Assembly (NCBI GenBank): GCA_963700285.1
Contig: CAVOXA010000001.1
Location: forward strand, 1 to 64,000
DNA from: an uncultured Chloroflexia bacterium
GTDB lineage: Bacteria; Chloroflexota; Anaerolineae; JAAYZQ01
DNA: 64,000 bases
Reading direction: 5' to 3'
Shown here: positions 9,437 through 18,686 of the stretch, one piece after another
Layout: every line of letters starts with the position of its first letter
Position numbering within the stretch: position 1 is the stretch's first letter
Made by a program: the position numbers and the translations under genes
Notes under the pieces: generated by a model
Databases searched by the model: none
Seen by the model: the letters and a program-made list of their open reading frames with translations, nothing else
What the model was told of the DNA's origin: nothing

Positions 9437-10031
9437 GTGGATAGGGTCAAGGAGATCGCTCGCGAGATCACCGCGCTGCCAGATGCAGAGAAAAGACGCC
9501 TTTTCAGGATCCTGGGTTTCCTCGGAAGACCTGCCTGAGGAAGCTGGCGATTCTATCCTGGCGCTCGACCGGTTAGAAGTGGTCCCATCGCCCTCCCAAC
9601 TCGCCCTGTCGCCAGACCTTGGCCCCTCGCCAGACTATATCCTGGTTTTTGATGGCGGCAGCAAGGGCAACCCGGGTTTGGGCTATGGCAGCTATGCCAT
9701 TACCCGGGTTCAAGACGGGGCGCAGCGGTTGGAGCGATTGCACTTTGGCGATGAATACACCAACAACGAGGCCGAGTACGATTCCCTGATCGCCGCCCTG
9801 CAGGATCTGCTGGATCGGATCAAGAGCGCCGGGCGCCACCCCCAGGAGTTCGCCCTGGAGATACGGGGCGACAGTGCCCTGGTCCTCAACCAGATACAGG
9901 GCAAGTGGAAGGCAGAAGAACCGCGCATGGTACGCAGGCGGGACCAGTGCCTGCGGCTGCTGCGCCGCTTTGGCCAGATCGAGTTCAAAGCCCAACCGCG
10001 ACAGGAGATTTTCCGCGTTCTGGGGCACTGA
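9437..10031 (+). CDS. Ribonuclease HI-family protein with N-terminal extension (probable frameshift near 9520)
   Basis: FDGGSKGNPGLGYG, TNNEAEY, IRGDSALVLNQI.GKWK; upstream frame encodes a helical N-terminus DRVKEIAREITALPDAEKRRLF. Confidence 0.8.
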
Positions 10032-10200
10032 CTCCGCTGTTCTGTTGGGCGCCGCTTGTCCCTGGGCCTATCAGTGGCGCCCAGAAGGTGCGCTGCCTGT
10101 GCATTCGTACAGGGAAAAGACTGTACGAATGGCTGATGCGCGCTGGCCAGAGCTGTGATACAATTGGATCAATCCATATCCAACCAAAGGAGAAACAGAA

Positions 10201-11025
10201 ATGTCAGAAGAAGGCAATGTCCAGGAAGAGTTGTTTGATGCAGCAGTCGATCTCGAATCCGCTGCGGTGGTGACCGGGCTGCAGGGCGTCGCTGACGTGG
10301 CCGAGGCTGCGGATACGTTGGAAGCGGCTGAAGAATTTGCCGCGATTTCCGCTGCCGCCGAGGCGGCCGGCGTCAGAGACCTGACCCGGGCCGTGGACGC
10401 TGAGATCGTGGCCGCGCGTGTGGGCGACCTCAGCAAGGTCGTGGCCGCCGCCGGCATTACCGATGTGGCCGAAGGGGCGGAGCTGCTGGCCGCCTCCGAC
10501 GACATCCGGGCCATGGGCGCTGTGGTTGGGCTCATGAGCGAGGATGACCTGGACTTTGGTTTGGAGCTGGCGCGTACCGCCGGTGAACTGTGGGCCGTGA
10601 GCGACGTAGTTGACCTGTTGGAAATGCCGGTGCTGTCGGCGTTCCTGGAGAGCCGGGGCGAGAGCTTGCAGGCCCTGGCCGTGGATGCCATCCTGCGCGC
10701 AGCCAGCACCCGGGCCTTGTCCCAGGTCCTGGGCGCTACTGGCGAAGGGGTGGCCGAACTGGGCGCCGGTGAAGTAGCCGAGGGCATCGTTCGCATGGCA
10801 GCGTCAGAGGCGATGACCGAGCGCAGCGACGAGCTGGCAGCGGCAGGCGTCGACCTGGCGGTCAAGGGCGCAGCCGAACTGACGGTGGCCGGGGCTGCGG
10901 CCGATGTGGCTGGCGAGCTGGCGGAGGAAGCCGTTGCCAAAGCCGCGCTGGGCGGTACGGAGTTGGGCGCCGCGAGTGCGATGGGCGATGTTGCCGGTGC
11001 CATGGCCGACGCGGCCGAAGCATAG
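10201..11025 (+). CDS. Ala/Glu/Asp-rich hypothetical protein
   Basis: 274-aa ORF with AAGGAG RBS and host-like codon use; no motif recognised. Confidence 0.75.
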   Translation: MSEEGNVQEELFDAAVDLESAAVVTGLQGVADVAEAADTLEAAEEFAAISAAAEAAGVRDLTRAVDAEIVAARVGDLSKVVAAAGITDVAEGAELLAASDDIRAMGAVVGLMSEDDLDFGLELARTAGELWAVSDVVDLLEMPVLSAFLESRGESLQALAVDAILRAASTRALSQVLGATGEGVAELGAGEVAEGIVRMAASEAMTERSDELAAAGVDLAVKGAAELTVAGAAADVAGELAEEAVAKAALGGTELGAASAMGDVAGAMADAAEA

Positions 11026-11106
11026 ACAAAACACAGATCTTTATCACGTAGGCAGTATGACCAGGAATCTGTTTGGGCCTGGTATCAAATTTAAGGGAGA
11101 AATGCA

Positions 11107-11637
11107 GTGAGTACTTTGATTGCAATTGTGTACGAGAAGGAGCAGACGGGCTTTGATGCCCTCAACGAACTTGGTGACCTGCAGAAACAGCAGCTCATCA
11201 CGCTCGCCGACGCGGCCGTGGCCACCAAGGACGAGAAGGGCAAGGTCAAGGTCAAGCAGACGCTGGAGAACCAGGTCAGCGGTACCGCCGCCATCTGGGG
11301 CGGTTTCTGGGGCCTGCTTATCGGCCTGTTGTTTCTGGCGCCCATCTTTTGGGGGCTGATAGGCGCGCTGCTGGGTTTCATTATGGGCAAGGCCGGCGAC
11401 GTTGGCATCGACGACAAGTTCATCAAGGAAGTAGGCGACTCGCTGGACATCGGCCAGTCGGCGCTGTTCATGCTCGTCGTTGAGGCCACGACGGACAAGG
11501 TTCTGGATGCCATGAGCAAGTTCGGTGGCAAGGTGTACCAGACCTCGCTCTCCAAGGATGACGAGGCAAAGCTCCAGAAGGCACTGGAGCACAAGAACGT
11601 GAGTGATGCCGCCGACGAGATGGTAGACCTGGATTAG
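11107..11637 (+). CDS. DUF1269 domain membrane protein
   Basis: LADAAV, GGFWGLLIGLLF, DVGIDDKFIKEVG, QTSLSKDDE. Confidence 0.85.
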   Translation: MSTLIAIVYEKEQTGFDALNELGDLQKQQLITLADAAVATKDEKGKVKVKQTLENQVSGTAAIWGGFWGLLIGLLFLAPIFWGLIGALLGFIMGKAGDVGIDDKFIKEVGDSLDIGQSALFMLVVEATTDKVLDAMSKFGGKVYQTSLSKDDEAKLQKALEHKNVSDAADEMVDLD

Positions 11638-11648
11638 ACTATAATCAT

Positions 11649-11696
11649 ACCTGCTAGTGCGGACGCTTTGCGTTCGTGCTGGCAGGTTTTTTCTTT
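11649..11696 (+). terminator. Rho-independent terminator
   Basis: ACCTGCTAGTGCGGACGC-TTT-GCGTTCGTGCTGGCAGGT followed by T tract. Confidence 0.7.
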
Positions 11697-11799
11697 GAGG
11701 CCCAGGACGAAAGGCGGGGGAAGCTGGTGACGAATGGGAATGCATCCCCTTGGGTCAATGTCTCACCTGTCTTTCGTCCTTTCTGATTCTGATATCCGA

Positions 11800-11905
11800 T
11801 CTCTGCCATCGTTCCATACCGATTCCCCCGCTGCCTGACCTAGGGCTGGTCCCCAAGCTCTTTGGCCCGGCCTGTGCTGTAGCCATCATCGGCCTGGCAA
11901 AGTCA
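11800..11905 (+). pseudogene. Possible remnant of a SulP-family anion transporter
   Basis: RSIPIPPLPDLGLVPKLFGPACAVAIIGL resembles the SulP 'P.LPDLSL.P.L...A.AIAIIGL' segment; short. Confidence 0.35.
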
Positions 11906-12079
11906 GACTTATTGCGTTTGGCAAAGTGTGGTACAATCGACAAAACATGGCCATAGCTCCAAGCCAGTTGGTGACCGGCGGTGGGTAGCCAGGAACTACC
12001 GGATTGCCGAGTTCACAGTGCTTGGTACCGGACAAACCGGCGTTATTGTCAAAAGATCTGGGAGAACGAGGAGGATAGT

Positions 12080-12709
12080 ATGAAGGACATTCCGGTCGAT
12101 GCGCGGGTCGAGTGCACGGACGGATCCTGTGGCAAGTCTCTGGGCGTGATCGGTGAGCGCGGGACGCGAATACTGACTCACTTTGTGGTGGAGGATGAAA
12201 CCCTCCCATATCCACCCTATCAGCGCCTGGTGCCAGTCGAGCATGTGGTAGAGACTACACGCGACCTCATCCGTCCGAGTTATACCAAGGAAGAAGTGGG
12301 CCACATGGAACCCTTTGTCAGAACACGATATATCCAGAAAAAGGAACACGACTACTCGCTTTTCGAGGGCGGCGAGGGGCCGTCTGACGACGCCTCCACA
12401 GTAGAGGTCTCCTACACCAAGAAGGAGGAAATGCTCATCCCCGAGGGCGAGGTGGGTGTATCGGTTGGCACCAGCGTCGAGGCCACAGATGGCCACATCG
12501 GCCACGTGGGCGAGTTGCTCATGGATGAGGATACTGGGCAGCTCACGCACATGGTCCTGGAAGAGGGCCATCTGTGGAGCAAGAAGGAAGTCACCCTCCC
12601 TGCCTCGGCAGTGGATCGCGTCGAAGGGGACACGATGTACCTGAACCTGGACAAGGCGGCCGTTCATAGCCTGCCGGCTGTCCCAGTGAAGCGTCGAGGA
12701 AAAGGATAG
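12080..12709 (+). CDS. PRC-barrel domain protein (two barrels)
   Basis: IPVDARVECTDG and VEATDGHIGHVGELLMD..LTHMVLEEGHLWSKKEV; GAGGAGG RBS. Confidence 0.82.
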   Translation: MKDIPVDARVECTDGSCGKSLGVIGERGTRILTHFVVEDETLPYPPYQRLVPVEHVVETTRDLIRPSYTKEEVGHMEPFVRTRYIQKKEHDYSLFEGGEGPSDDASTVEVSYTKKEEMLIPEGEVGVSVGTSVEATDGHIGHVGELLMDEDTGQLTHMVLEEGHLWSKKEVTLPASAVDRVEGDTMYLNLDKAAVHSLPAVPVKRRGKG

Positions 12710-12770
12710 CTGAGCTTTGGTCAGGTAGATTGTCAGATGGGCGAGTGCCGATTAAGTTGCGCACCTTCGC

Positions 12771-12799
12771 TTGCTATTTTTCAGTCTTTCGGTTATAAT
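12771..12799 (+). promoter_or_regulatory. sigma70-type promoter of the T-box leader
   Basis: TTGCTA-17 nt-TATAAT. Confidence 0.7.
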
Positions 12800-12861
12800 C
12801 AGGTAACATCGGGTGGGGCGCCTAATGCGCTGCTGCCCGTGAGTACAGTTGAATCGTACAC

Positions 12862-13190
12862 CGGCTGTGAAGGGAACGAGTAGGCGTGGCGGAACGTCCA
12901 GAGAGTCCGGCCGGCGTGGTGGAAGCCGGATACAGGAAACCCGCCGAATATCCTCCCAGAGCCGCCAACCCAAAGCTATCTGGTGATGCTGGCCGGGGAT
13001 ACCAACCGGCTGGTGTTCGGTAGCCAGTAGGCTTGGCCGGTTTCGCCCCCCGTTAGCGGGACGTGGGTATTGTCTGGATACTGTGTGAAGGACCGTACCT
13101 GGCTGAGTGAGCGGTAACGCTAGGAAGGGTGGTACCGCGGGAGTATCAAGTCATACGCTCTCGTCCCTTGGGGATGGAGCGTTTTATTGT
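12862..13190 (+). ncRNA. T-box riboswitch, Ile specifier (AUC), transcriptional attenuator
   Basis: Stem I GCTGTGAAGGGAACGAGTAG, AGAGAG bulge, GGTGGAA loop, GAAT-ATC specifier (12950-12952); T-box AAGGGTGGTACCGCGG (13125-13140); terminator GCTC..GAGC + TTTTATTGTT. Confidence 0.9.
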
Positions 13191-13247
13191 TCAAGGCGAC
13201 GCGTGTGGGCAGGAGCCAGTGATGCTCGACACGGAAGGAGCAAGACC

Positions 13248-14222
13248 GTGAAGTACATGGCTTATTCCAAGCTCGGTGGTGTGCCCAATGTTATTGTGGA
13301 CGGAGCAGCCCAGGAGGACACGGTACTAACTCTGAGCCACTGGCCCGGCAGTGGTTCGCCGGCAGAGTTTCGTGCTGACACCAGCACCGAGATCGTGCTG
13401 AACTATCTTGCTACGCCGGGCGCTCAGGAGCAGTATGCGCCCAAGATCTGTGTCGTGTCCAACAATCACTTTGACGAGGATGGTCTGTGCGCGGTCTGGG
13501 CCATGCTGAACCAAAAGCAGTCTCTGAAGGTGCGAGATCTGCTGGTGGATGTGGCCAGGGCCGGTGATTTCAGCACCTATCGGCGTCCACAAGCAGCCAA
13601 GGTGGTGTTCACGATCCGCAGCTACGCTGATCCTGACACCTCGCCCCTTTTCGACAAGCTCGTGGATGATGACGGCAGTGGCAGCCGCCGGTATCAGGCC
13701 CTTTTGCCATTGTTGGAAGACTTTATGGAAGAAACGGATCGGTACGGGCCATTTTGGGACGAGGAATGGTCGGCCATGCTCAGGAGCAAGACGTCAATGG
13801 TTATGGGTGATGTCGAATTGCGCGAGGTCCCTCACGTGGATCTGGCCGTGGCCGAGTCGCCAGAACCCTTGCACCCCATGGTACTCTTTAACAACACCGA
13901 ACGTTTGAGGGTGCTGACAGCGCTGCCTGGAGGCCTATTTCAGTTGCGCTACCGGTACGAGACGTGGGTTCAGTATGCCAGCCGGCCGGTAATGCCTCGC
14001 GTGGACCTCGACCCTCTGCTGCCTCGCCTGCAAGAGATTGAACAAGAGCCCGTCCAGTGGACTTTTGATGGCAATTCAGCCATTACCCCACTGCTTCGGC
14101 CAGTGGGGCCGGATGGTCAGCCAGCCCCCAGTAGCCTGAACCTGGGGGTCCTGCTCGACGAATTGGTGGCTTTCTATGAACGGGAGCAGGGCAATGCCGC
14201 ATTGCAGTGGAATCCATATTAG
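13248..14222 (+). CDS. DUF6687 family protein (DHH-phosphoesterase-like)
   Basis: IVDG..LTLSHWPG..ADTSTEI..NNHFDEDG..A.AGDF. Confidence 0.7.
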   Translation: MKYMAYSKLGGVPNVIVDGAAQEDTVLTLSHWPGSGSPAEFRADTSTEIVLNYLATPGAQEQYAPKICVVSNNHFDEDGLCAVWAMLNQKQSLKVRDLLVDVARAGDFSTYRRPQAAKVVFTIRSYADPDTSPLFDKLVDDDGSGSRRYQALLPLLEDFMEETDRYGPFWDEEWSAMLRSKTSMVMGDVELREVPHVDLAVAESPEPLHPMVLFNNTERLRVLTALPGGLFQLRYRYETWVQYASRPVMPRVDLDPLLPRLQEIEQEPVQWTFDGNSAITPLLRPVGPDGQPAPSSLNLGVLLDELVAFYEREQGNAALQWNPY

Positions 14223-14252
14223 ACACGAGTTCAAAGAGGGCGGGGGAAAGGT

Positions 14253-14975
14253 ATGACCGAGCAGTTGTATCAGACAGATAGCTATCTGCAAGCCTTCGAT
14301 GCCGTGGTGATGGCGGTGGATGGCCAGGTGGTGGCTTTGGATCGTACAGCCTTCTACCCTGGTGGAGGCGGCCAGCCCGCCGACGTGGGATCACTTGCTT
14401 GGGCTGGTGGCTCATCCCAAGTTGTCCAAGTGAAAAGGCGGGGCCCCGAAGTGTGGCACACCCTATCCGGCGAGGTACCAGGGGAAGGGACATCAGTGCA
14501 CGGGCAGTTGGATTGGCAGAGACGCTATCGTCTGATGCGTACCCACACTGCCCTCCATGTACTGTGCGGGGTTGTCTGGCGCGATTATGGTGCAGCGGTC
14601 ACTGGTGGGAACATGGAGCCTTTGAAGGGCCGCATGGACTTTGAATTCGAGACGATGCGCAGGGAGTTGGTAACCGAGATCGAGGCCAGTGTTAATGCCG
14701 AGGTAGCCAAGGACCACCTGGTGCGCATTGCCATCTTGCCCCGCGAGGAGGCATTTGAGATCCCGGATCTGATTCGTACCAAGATCAACCTGCTGCCGCC
14801 CCAGATTCAGGAGGTACGCACGGTAGAGATCGTGGACCTCGATCTGCAGGCGGATGGCGGTACGCACGTGGCCAACACCAGAGCGGTGGGACCGGTGCGC
14901 GTGGTGGACTATAAGAGCAAGGGCGCCATAAACAAGCGCATCTATGTTGAGCTGGATGCAGGGGAGAACGAATAG
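14253..14975 (+). CDS. alaX: AlaX-type stand-alone aminoacyl-tRNA editing protein
   Basis: LYQTDSYL, TAFYPGGGGQPAD, MRTHTALH (HxxxH), QADGGTHV. Confidence 0.9.
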   Translation: MTEQLYQTDSYLQAFDAVVMAVDGQVVALDRTAFYPGGGGQPADVGSLAWAGGSSQVVQVKRRGPEVWHTLSGEVPGEGTSVHGQLDWQRRYRLMRTHTALHVLCGVVWRDYGAAVTGGNMEPLKGRMDFEFETMRRELVTEIEASVNAEVAKDHLVRIAILPREEAFEIPDLIRTKINLLPPQIQEVRTVEIVDLDLQADGGTHVANTRAVGPVRVVDYKSKGAINKRIYVELDAGENE

Positions 14976-15174
14976 CGATGCCAGAGTACCGTGTAGGCCG
15001 GATGGCCGAGGCCGAATACAGGATTGTCTATGAATGTAGGAGGAAAGTTGTGGAGATGCCATGTCGCTGGTTGTCATCTCCATGTCTGATTGGTGACTCC
15101 GAAATCGGCGCCATAGCCTAGCTGGCAATGCCAGCACTCCAGACCCAAACCATACGACTTCGGAGGAAAAACCC

Positions 15175-18100
15175 ATGTTTGAGCCAGTGCCCAATCAAGT
15201 GGATTTTGTCAAGCAAGAGCACGAGGTGCTTGACTTTTGGCAGCGTACGGATGCTTTCAATAAACTGAGAGAAAAGAATAAGGGAAACGCGACCTTCTCT
15301 TTCATCGATGGGCCGATCACGGCCAACAACCCCATGGGTGCACATCATGCTTGGGGGAGGACCTACAAAGATCTGTTCCAGCGCTATAGGGCTATGCTTG
15401 GCCTTGACGAGCGCTGGCAGAACGGCTTTGATTGCCAGGGACTGTGGGTTGAGGTCGAAGTTGAGAAAGAGATGGGCTTTGAGACCAAGAAGGACATCGA
15501 ATCCCACGGTTTGGCCAGCTTTGTCAACCTCTGCAAGCAGCGTGTGTTAGAGTACTCAGCCGTGCAGACCCAGCAGTCCATACGGCTTGGCTATTGGGCC
15601 GATTGGAACGACATCGACCAACTGCGCCACCTCAAGGCCAAGATGGCGGAAGATCCGACGCAGGTCGTCACCGTGGAGGGCCCCCTGGGTCCGGTGACGG
15701 ACACGGTTGAGCAGATCGTTGGGCGACTGGGCTTGCCGGAGCTGGGCGGCAGCTACTATACTTTCAGCAACGAGAACAACTATAACATCTGGACCGCCTT
15801 GAGCAAGTGCCATCACAACGGCTGGATCTACAAGGGCACGGACGTGATGCCCTGGTGTGCTCGCTGCGGTACCGGAATCAGCCAGCACGAGATCGTGACC
15901 GAAGGGTATCAGGAACTGACACATCGCAGCGTTTTTCTCCGATTCCCCCTCCGGGAGCGGCCAGGTGAGGACCTGCTGGTGTGGACTACTACCCCGTGGA
16001 CGCTGACCAGCAACGTTGGCGCGGCAGTGCATCCCGAACTACCGTACGTCTTGGTCGAACAGGCGCCTGCCCAGAGCGAAGCCGAAGGGCCTGCCCTGAG
16101 CAAAGTCGAAGGGCCAAGGCGGTTCTGGTTGAGCAAGGGCGCCCTGGACAACGCCTTGCGCGGGGCATATACTGTGCTGGACGAGAAACTAGGCGCCGAG
16201 CTTGAGGGCTGGACCTACGACGGTCCCTTTGATGAGCTGCCTGCCCAGCAGGCAAGCGGGTCGGTAGCCGCTCACCAGGTTGTTCTTTGGGATGACGTTG
16301 GAGAGGTCGAGGGCACAGGCATTGTTCACATGGCCCCTGGTTGCGGTGCGGAGGACTTTGAACTCGGGAGAGAACTGGGTCTGCCGGCCATCGCGCCTTT
16401 GAACGACGGGGGTGTTTTTGTGGATGGTTTTGACTGGCTGACTGGAACGAGCGTCCATGAGTCCGCCCAGCCGATCTTTGAGAATCTGGAGGCAAAAGGC
16501 CTTCTTTACCGTCTGCAGAACTATACCCACCGCTACCCGGTATGCTGGCGCTGCCATGAGGAACTCGTCTTCCGGCTGGTGGATGAGTGGTTCATCCACA
16601 TGGGAGACCAATTGGAAAAGCCCTACGAGCAGGTCACAGAGGACGAAAAGTCATCCCGGCTGCGGTACCAGATCATGGAGGTGGTGCAGGACACACGCTG
16701 GATCCCCTCGTTTGGTTATGAACGGGAGATGGATTGGTTGCGCAACATGCATGATTGGATGATCTCCAAGAAGCGCTACTGGGGCCTGGCCCTGCCGATC
16801 TGGGAGTGCCAGGAGTGCGGCTGGTTTGATGTCATCGGTAGCCAAGAAGAGCTGAAGGAGAGAGCGGTCGCTGGTTGGGATGAGTTTGAGGGGCACCCGC
16901 CCCACCGGCCCTACGTGGATGCCGTACAAGTCCGCTGCGAGCAGTGTGGTGCGACGGCGAGCCGGATCTCGGATGTAGGCAATCCGTGGTTGGATGCTGG
17001 CATCGTCGCTTATTCTACCCTGCAGTACCGGACCGATCGGGACTACTGGCGCAAATGGTTCCCGGCGGACCTGATCACCGAGAGCTTTCCAGGCCAGTTT
17101 CGCAATTGGTTCTACAGCATGCTGGCCATGAGCACCATAATGGAGCGCGAGGCGCCCTTTAGGGCGGTGCAGACCTACGCAACCCTCTTTGCCGAGGACG
17201 GGCGGGCCATGCACAAAAGCTGGGGCAACTCTATCGAGTTCAATGACGCCGCGGACACGATGGGGGTGGATGTGATGCGCTGGATGTACTGCGCCCACAA
17301 GCCCGAAGCCAACCTGCTTTTCGGCTACCACCGCGCCGACGAGACCCGGCGCCGCTTCCTGATCCCGCTGTGGAACGTCTACTCTTTCTTTGTAACCTAC
17401 GCCAACCTGGATGGCTGGACACCAGAGGGAGCCCAGGCTACGGTGCAACAGGGACCCTTGTCTGAGCTGGATCGGTGGATGCTTGCCAGGTTGAATACGG
17501 TCGTAGCCCGGGCGACCGAGTGTATGGACAACTATGATCCATATGGGATGACGCTGGTTGTAGAGCCCCTCCTGGATGATCTTACCAATTGGTATGTACG
17601 CCGCAGCCGCCGTCGTTTCTGGAAGAGCGAGCAAGATGAGGACAAGGACGGGGCCTATGCCACGCTCTACCATGTCTTGCTGACCTTGAGCAGGCTACTG
17701 GCGCCCATCGTCCCCTTTGTGACTGAGGTAATGTACCAGAACCTGGCGCGTACCGTCGACAAGGGCGCGTGTGAGAGCGTGCACCATTGCGCTTGGCCGG
17801 AGACGGATGAAAGCTTGGAAGATCAGGGCTTGCTGGACCGCATGGCTTTGGCGATGCAGATCTCTGCCCTGGGCCGGTCGGCACGCAGCACCTCGGGCGT
17901 CAAGCTGCGGCAGCCACTTTCCCGGGCCAGGGTCTATGCCGGCAAGCGTGCTCCGGACCTCGGGGCCCTGACGGAACTGGTGACCGATGAACTCAATGTG
18001 AAGGCCATCGAGTTTGTGGACAAGGAAGCCGATCTGGTCGAGTATGAGATCGGCCTGTTGCCCAACGTCCTTGGCCCAAAGTACGGCAAGCGCTTTCCCT

Positions 18101-18579
18101 TGCTCCGCAAAGCCGTGGCAGGCGCGGATGCGGGTGCGCTGGCCGGGCGCTTCCAGGCCGGTCTCACGCTGAGCCTGGACCTGGATGACGGGGGGCCGGC
18201 GGCTGAGTTGCTGCCGGAAGAGGTAGAGATCCGTACCCATGGGCGCGAGGGCTATGCCGTAGCCGAGGAGAAGGGAATCATCGTCGCTGTGGACGTTGTC
18301 CTGACCCCTCAGTTGGCTCGCGAGGGTCTGGCCCGCGATCTTGTACGTCGCATCCAGACGCTTCGCAAGGATGCAGATCTGCAGCTTGACGATCGCATTA
18401 AAACCTACTATGATGGCCAAGGTGAATTGGACATCGTCGTGGCAGAATGGGCCAGCTACATCCAGGCCGAGACGCTCAGCCTGGAACTTGTCCCCGGCCC
18501 ACTGCCTGATGATCTGGTCCAACAGGGTGCCTTTGAAGTCGGCGGGCATGAGGTAGAGTTGGGCATCCGGAAAACCTAG
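15175..18579 (+). CDS. ileS: Isoleucine--tRNA ligase, type 2, GxHH signature variant
   Basis: DGPITANNPMGAHH, WTTTPWTL, GTGIVHMAPGCGAEDF, ISKKRYWG, AMHKSWGN, LTNWYVRRSRRRFW; Ile T-box upstream. Confidence 0.93.
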   Translation: MFEPVPNQVDFVKQEHEVLDFWQRTDAFNKLREKNKGNATFSFIDGPITANNPMGAHHAWGRTYKDLFQRYRAMLGLDERWQNGFDCQGLWVEVEVEKEMGFETKKDIESHGLASFVNLCKQRVLEYSAVQTQQSIRLGYWADWNDIDQLRHLKAKMAEDPTQVVTVEGPLGPVTDTVEQIVGRLGLPELGGSYYTFSNENNYNIWTALSKCHHNGWIYKGTDVMPWCARCGTGISQHEIVTEGYQELTHRSVFLRFPLRERPGEDLLVWTTTPWTLTSNVGAAVHPELPYVLVEQAPAQSEAEGPALSKVEGPRRFWLSKGALDNALRGAYTVLDEKLGAELEGWTYDGPFDELPAQQASGSVAAHQVVLWDDVGEVEGTGIVHMAPGCGAEDFELGRELGLPAIAPLNDGGVFVDGFDWLTGTSVHESAQPIFENLEAKGLLYRLQNYTHRYPVCWRCHEELVFRLVDEWFIHMGDQLEKPYEQVTEDEKSSRLRYQIMEVVQDTRWIPSFGYEREMDWLRNMHDWMISKKRYWGLALPIWECQECGWFDVIGSQEELKERAVAGWDEFEGHPPHRPYVDAVQVRCEQCGATASRISDVGNPWLDAGIVAYSTLQYRTDRDYWRKWFPADLITESFPGQFRNWFYSMLAMSTIMEREAPFRAVQTYATLFAEDGRAMHKSWGNSIEFNDAADTMGVDVMRWMYCAHKPEANLLFGYHRADETRRRFLIPLWNVYSFFVTYANLDGWTPEGAQATVQQGPLSELDRWMLARLNTVVARATECMDNYDPYGMTLVVEPLLDDLTNWYVRRSRRRFWKSEQDEDKDGAYATLYHVLLTLSRLLAPIVPFVTEVMYQNLARTVDKGACESVHHCAWPETDESLEDQGLLDRMALAMQISALGRSARSTSGVKLRQPLSRARVYAGKRAPDLGALTELVTDELNVKAIEFVDKEADLVEYEIGLLPNVLGPKYGKRFPLLRKAVAGADAGALAGRFQAGLTLSLDLDDGGPAAELLPEEVEIRTHGREGYAVAEEKGIIVAVDVVLTPQLAREGLARDLVRRIQTLRKDADLQLDDRIKTYYDGQGELDIVVAEWASYIQAETLSLELVPGPLPDDLVQQGAFEVGGHEVELGIRKT
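16065..16113 (+). repeat. Two tandem 24-bp mini-repeats inserted in frame in ileS
   Basis: GCCTGCCCAGAGCGAAGCCGAAGG / GCCTGCCCTGAGCAAAGTCGAAGG, encoding APAQSEAEGPALSKVEG. Confidence 0.8.
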
Positions 18580-18686
18580 ATGAGTTCCAGCCTTGCCTGT
18601 CCTCTGCAGGGCTGGAACCTTCCGGTGCTTGCTGACAGGGGCGTGGACGCAGAGTCCAGGGCTGTGTCCGCGGTCAGAGTGGTTTT

